From positions 1-35,181 of the forward strand of contig JAXLNO010000215.1 of NCBI GenBank assembly GCA_038087875.1: DNA of 35,181 nt. The letters run 5' to 3'. Of the stretch, positions 30,543-35,181 are shown piece by piece (position 1 is the stretch's first letter; the number at the start of each line of letters is the position of its first letter). A program made the translations under genes and the position numbers. Below the pieces are notes generated by a model that ran no database searches, had not been told where the DNA came from, and worked only from the letters and a program-made list of their open reading frames with translations. The stretch is from Malacoraja senta. Taxonomy: Eukaryota.

Positions 30543-31727
30543 TTCAAGATTCAAGATTCAAGAGCGTTTATTGTCATGTGTCCCAGATAGGACAATGAAA
30601 TTCTTGCTTTGCTTCAACACAACAGAATATAGTAGGCATGAATACAGAACAGATCAGTGTGTCCATATATCATTGTATACGTAAATACACACATGAATAA
30701 ATAAACGGAGAAAGTGCAAATAACAGATAATGGGCTATTAATGTTCAGAGTTTTGTCCGAGCCAAGTTTAATAGCCTGATGGCTGTGGGGAAGTAGCTAT
30801 TCCTGAACCTGGTCGTTGCAGTCTTCAGGCTCCTGTACCTTCTATCTGAAGGTAGCAGGGAGATGAGTGTGTGGCCAGGATGGTGTGGGTCCTTGATGAT
30901 ACTGCCAGCCTTTTTGAGGCAGCGAGTGCGATAGATCCCCTCGATGGAAGGGAGGTCAGAGCCGATGATGGACTGGGCAGTGTTTACTACTTTTTGTAGT
31001 CTTTTCCTCTCCAGGGCGCTCAAGTTGCCGAACCAAGCCACGATGCAACCGGTCAGCATGCTCTCTACTGTGCACCTGTTGAAGTTAGTGAGGGTCCTCC
31101 TTGACAAACCGACTCTCCGTAATCTTCTCAGGAAGTAGAGGCGCTGATGTGCTTTCTTAATAATTGCATCAGTGTTCTCGGACCAGGAAAGTTCTTCAGA
31201 GATGTGCACGCCCAGGAATTTGCAGCTCTTGACCCTTTCAACCATCGACCCATTGATATAAACGGGACTGTGGGTCCCCATCCTACTCCTTCCAAAGTCC
31301 ATAATCAGTTCCTTGGTTTTGCTGGTGTTGAGGGCCAGGTTATTGTGCTGGCACCATATGGACAGTTGCTCGATCTCTCTTCTATACTCTGACTCATCCC
31401 CATCAGTGATACGTCCCACAACAGTGGTGTCATCAGCGAACTTGATGATGGAGTTCGCACTATGTCCGGCTACGCAGTCATGAGTATAGAGTGAGTACAG
31501 CAGGGGGCTGAGCACGCAGCCTTGAGGTGCTCCCGTGCTGATTGTTATCGAGTCTGACACATTTCCACCAATACGAACAGACTGTGGTCTGAGAGTGAGG
31601 AAGTCGAGGATCCAATTGCAGAGGGATGCGCAGAGACCCAGTTCTGCGAGTTTGGTAACCAGCTTGGAGGGGATGATTGTGTTAAATGCCGAGCTGTAAT
31701 CGATGAATAACAGCCTGACATATGAGT
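30543..31727 (-). mobile_element. Rex1/Babar LINE, 5'-truncated, young
   Basis: Uninterrupted RT frame plus 3' UTR ending CATGACAATAA..(TCTTGAA)n. Confidence 0.92.
30745..31725 (-). pseudogene. Rex1/Babar RT fragment, 327 codons including the stop, no start codon
   Basis: [51 protein letters not shown] and [13 protein letters not shown]; the frame extends 55 codons upstream of the tracked ORF. Confidence 0.92.
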
Positions 31728-31758
31728 GAATATTTAGAATATTTACTTTGATGAATAT

Positions 31759-32045
31759 TTAGTTTAGCTTATAAATACAGCGCGGAAACAGTCTCTTCGG
31801 ACCACCGAGTCGGCGCCGACCAGCAATCCCAACACATTAACGCTATCCTACACACACTAAGGACAATTTGCAATTATTTCAAGCCAATTAACCAACAAAC
31901 CTGTACATCTTTGGAGTGTGGGAAGGAACCGGAGCACCTGGAGAAAACCCACGTACAGACTCCGTACAGAAAGCTCCCGTGGTCAGCATTGAACCTGTGT
32001 GTCTGGCGATGTGAGGCAGCAACTCTACCGCTGCGCCACCGTGTC
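31759..32045 (-). mobile_element. HE1-type V-SINE
   Basis: Head, V-domain and tail. Confidence 0.88.
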
Positions 32046-32116
32046 GTTCAAATGTAATGATACCTTCTGCACCTCAGTTGGTTCCTGACTGGCAGAGTAT
32101 TTGAGCAATTTGCAAA

Positions 32117-32615
32117 CCAGTATGCACTGTAGCAGTGGTGCTGTGTACCAGTGTTGCAGTATGCACCGTAGCAGTGGTGCTGTGTACCAGTGATGCAGCA
32201 TGCACTGTAGCAGTGTACCAGTGTTGCAGTATGCACTGTAGCAGTGGTGCTGTGTACCAATGTTGCAGTATGCTCTGTAGCAGTGGTGCTGTGTACCAGT
32301 GATGCAGCATGCACTGTAGCAGTGTACCAGTGTTGCAGCATGCACTGTAGCAGTATACCAGTGTTGCAGCATGCTATGTAGCAGTGGTGCTGTGTACCAG
32401 TGTTGCAGCATGCACTGTAGCAGTGTACCAGTGATGCAGCTTGCGCTGTAGCAGTGGCGCTGTGTACCAGTGTTGCAGCATGCTCTGTAGCAGTGGTGCT
32501 GTGTAGCAGTGTTGCAGCATGCACTGTAGCAGTGGTGCTGTGTACCAATGTTGCAGTATGCTCTGTAGCAGTGGTGCTGAGCCAGTGTTGCAGCATGCTC
32601 TGTAGCAGTGGTACT
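32117..32615. repeat. Minisatellite of ~13.5 units with 39-bp and 31-bp variants
   Basis: GCACTGTAGCAGT[GGTGCTGT]GTACCAGTGTTGCAG(C/T)AT. Confidence 0.95.
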
Positions 32616-33009
32616 GGGTGCCGAATTTGCAGCGGAGTGTAACATACAATTCACGGGCCTTCAATGAAGGATGATATGTTTCCTCACTGTCACAAGCTTC
32701 AGACTATTACAGGGCAATCTCCAGCCAGATGGAAACACTCTCCCCTGGGGAATCTCCTTGGACCACTTCTCTTTCACCGCCAGCTGAAGTCACTGTGACT
32801 GAAGAAATGCCAAGTAGCCGCCGTTTTACCCATTCCCCACGCGGCATCCTCTCAACGTCCCTCACTCAGTCATGCTGCACTGATTATTAGCTCTGACGTT
32901 TCACCAAATTGCCTTTGAACTAGGAGCCGTGCAGCATTGAAACCATCTTCTGACACAGACGTGCTGGTTTGTGACTCAGTCTGCACCACACTTCAGAAGG
33001 TCCGTGGAT

Positions 33010-33290
33010 AGTTTAGAGATATGGCGCGGTAACAGGCCCATCAACCAACGAGTCCTCACCGACCTTGGTACACCACCCCGTACACTAGTACACTCCTACA
33101 CACACTTGGGGCAATTTTACAGAAGGCAATTAACCTACAAATCTGTACGTCTTTGGAGTGTGGGACGAAATCCAGGTGGTCACGGGGAGAACGTACAAAC
33201 TCCGTACAGACAGCACCCGTAGTCAGGGTCGAACCCGGGTCTCTGGCGCTGTGGGGCAACAGCTCCACCGCTGCGCCACCGTGCCGCCCC
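33010..33290 (-). mobile_element. HE1-type V-SINE whose 5' G-run extends to 33308; a second tail fragment lies at 33330-33440
   Basis: Head, V-domain and tail; poly-C at 33287-33308 on the plus strand. Confidence 0.88.
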
Positions 33291-33448
33291 CCCCCCCCCC
33301 CCCCCCCCTAGGTGCAGGTGTAGATTTATTTTAGTTTACAGATACAGCATGGAAACAGGCCCTTCGGCCCATCATGTCCACACCGACCATCGATCACCCG
33401 TTTACACCAGTTCTATAGTTTCCCACTTTCTCATCCACTAGTTTAGAG

Positions 33449-33925
33449 ATGTCACGTGCACTGAGGTACAGTGAAAAGCTTTGGTTTGCATGCTATCCTG
33501 TCAGATCAAATCATACTATACATAAACGCTGTCAAACCAAACTCACGTACAATAGGTAGAGCAAAGGGGAAGACACAGAGTGCAGAATATAGTTCTCAGC
33601 ATTGTAGCGCATCAGTTCCACAGACAAAGTCCAATGTCCACAATGGGGTAGAGATCAATGGGACAGTACCCTAGCTAATGGAAGGACCGTTCAGAAGCTT
33701 GATAACAGAGGGGACGAAGCTGTTCCTGAGTCTGGTGGTGCGCGCTTTCAAGCTTCTGTATCTTCTGCGGTACAGGAGTTGGAATGACCGGGGTGGGACA
33801 AGTCTTTGATGATGTTGGCTGCTTTTCTAAAGCAGTGTGAAGTGTAGATGGAGTTGATGGTGGGGAGTCTGATCTGTGTGATGAACTGGGCTACATTCAT
33901 AACTCTCTGCAATTTCTTCCATTCT
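33449..33925 (-). mobile_element. Rex1/Babar 3' fragment, another subfamily
   Basis: Encodes ..RYRSLKARTTRLRNSFVPSVIKLLN plus UTR. Confidence 0.78.
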
Positions 33926-34157
33926 TGGGGGATACCCAGGATAATGGGCCTTTATGGGCGTTAAGACTCGAAATTTAACAACTTTGGACTTGAATCATAC
34001 TAAACGGTGCTGGAAACGTGACAACTCTTGTATACTGTCTCAGCGCAATCTACTATTCCTACACTCTTGTACTTTAGTATGTTTGTGCCTTTGTCTAATA
34101 TGATTTACTGATCAGTATGCAACAAAATGGATTTTGCTGGGCCTAGGTGCATGTGTT

Positions 34158-34578
34158 TGACGACACTGGGCCTCGACTCGCTGGAGTTTAGAAGGGTGAG
34201 GGGGGACCTCATTGAAACTTACAGAATAGTGAAAGGCATAGATGGAGTGGATGTGGAAAGGATGTTTCCACTAGTGGGAGAGTCTAGGACCAGAGGTCAA
34301 AGCCTCAGAATTCTAAGAGCGCTCTTTTTAAAAGTTGAGGAGGAACTTAGTCAGAGGGTAGTTAATCTGTGGAACTCTTTGCTGCAGAGGGCTGTGGAGG
34401 CCATATCAGTGGATATTTTTAAGGCAGAGATATACAAATTCTTGATTAGGATGGGTGTCAAGGGTTATGGGAGAGCAGGAAAATGGGATTAGGAGGCAGA
34501 GATCAGCCATGATTGAATGATGAAGTAGACTCGATGGGCCGAATGGCCTAATTCTACTCCTATAACATGAACTTGTGA
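34158..34578 (+). mobile_element. CR1 3' fragment
   Basis: LGLDSLEFRRVRGDLIETYRIVKG..VVNLWNSL plus 3' UTR. Confidence 0.9.
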
Positions 34579-34752
34579 ACATATGTGGCAACAAAGGACC
34601 ATTGATCCATTGGCCTTGCAGCTGTAACACTGGGGAGATCACTGGTGGGAGGGATGTCCTCTCAGATTTTAGGCAATATTTGACAAGTGCTAATGTTTCC
34701 CAGCATTCTGGTTAGCAACCAATGTCACTAAAACTATCCAGACCTTCAGCTA

Positions 34753-35017
34753 GCTCAGCTGTTATCAGGCAACTGAACCATCCTATCATAACCTTCGAGC
34801 AGTCCTGGACTACTATCTACCTCATTGGAGACCTTGGGACTATCCTTGATCGGACTTTACTGCCTTTACCTTGCACTAAACGTTATTCCCTTATCATGTA
34901 CACTGTAAATGGATCGATTGTAATCATGTATTGTCTTTCCGCTGACTGGTTAGGACGCAACAAAAGCTTTTCACTGTACCTCGGTACACATGACAATGAA
35001 CCAAACTGAACTGAACT
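34753..35017 (+). mobile_element. Rex1/Babar 3' end
   Basis: AVIRQLNHP plus UTR and (CTGAA)n tail. Confidence 0.8.
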
Positions 35018-35051
35018 GATCTGAACCAGCATTTGTGAAGTCTTTTGCTTT

Positions 35052-35120
35052 GGGGCGGCACAGTGGTGCAGTGATAGATTTTCTGCCTTACAGCGGCAGA
35101 AGCTCTGAAATCCGAAGCTC
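35052..35120 (+). mobile_element. HE1 SINE head fragment
   Basis: GGGGCGGCACAGTGGTGCAGTG..CTGCCTTACAGCG. Confidence 0.65.
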
Positions 35121-35181
35121 CCGGTGAGCCATGGACACATCCCGAGTCGCCAGGCCTGGCTCACTCGGCGTGTAACCGGGA

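Noticed and set aside
30069..32615. Short repeat arrays as CRISPR
   Set aside because: Units are head-to-tail with no unique spacers, there are no cas genes, and the context is vertebrate.
33287..33308. Poly-C/G runs (also 6088-6106 and 28966-29002) as functional G-quadruplexes
   Set aside because: They sit at SINE heads or LINE UTRs, are prone to homopolymer error, and have no supporting evidence.
242..35164. Most 60-150 aa ORFs in the track (LECGRK.., LKKGLDPKRHP.., ARDPGSILTTGA..)
   Set aside because: Recurrent translations of SINE and PLE non-coding sequence, or antisense frames of LINEs.

Overview
This is eukaryotic, repeat-saturated DNA, most likely from a cartilaginous fish such as a skate or ray. 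That assignment is inferred from the HE1-type V-SINEs and CR1/HER1-type LINE tails. No host gene can be identified with confidence, and nearly every ORF in the track comes from a transposon or repeat. Main contents: (1) at least 12 copies of a minimal type-I hammerhead-ribozyme motif (CTGAAGA-A-GGGTC-NN-GACCC-GAAACGTC) at the 3' end of Penelope-like (GIY-YIG) retroelement fragments; (2) a complete-ended but coding-dead DIRS1-like tyrosine-recombinase retrotransposon (13949-18497, minus strand) with ITRs, an internal complementary region and an AAAT crossover core; (3) a ~5.14-kb tandem duplication (7517-12654 / 12655-17798) that copied most of that element; (4) CR1, Rex1/Babar and one invertebrate-like LINE fragment, about 17 HE1 SINE copies or fragments, two non-autonomous TIR DNA transposons, several minisatellites and local inversions; (5) a tentative phase-consistent chain of small minus-strand exons in the unique DNA. 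Family names come from motif recognition, not database searches, and coordinates of degenerate fragments are approximate.
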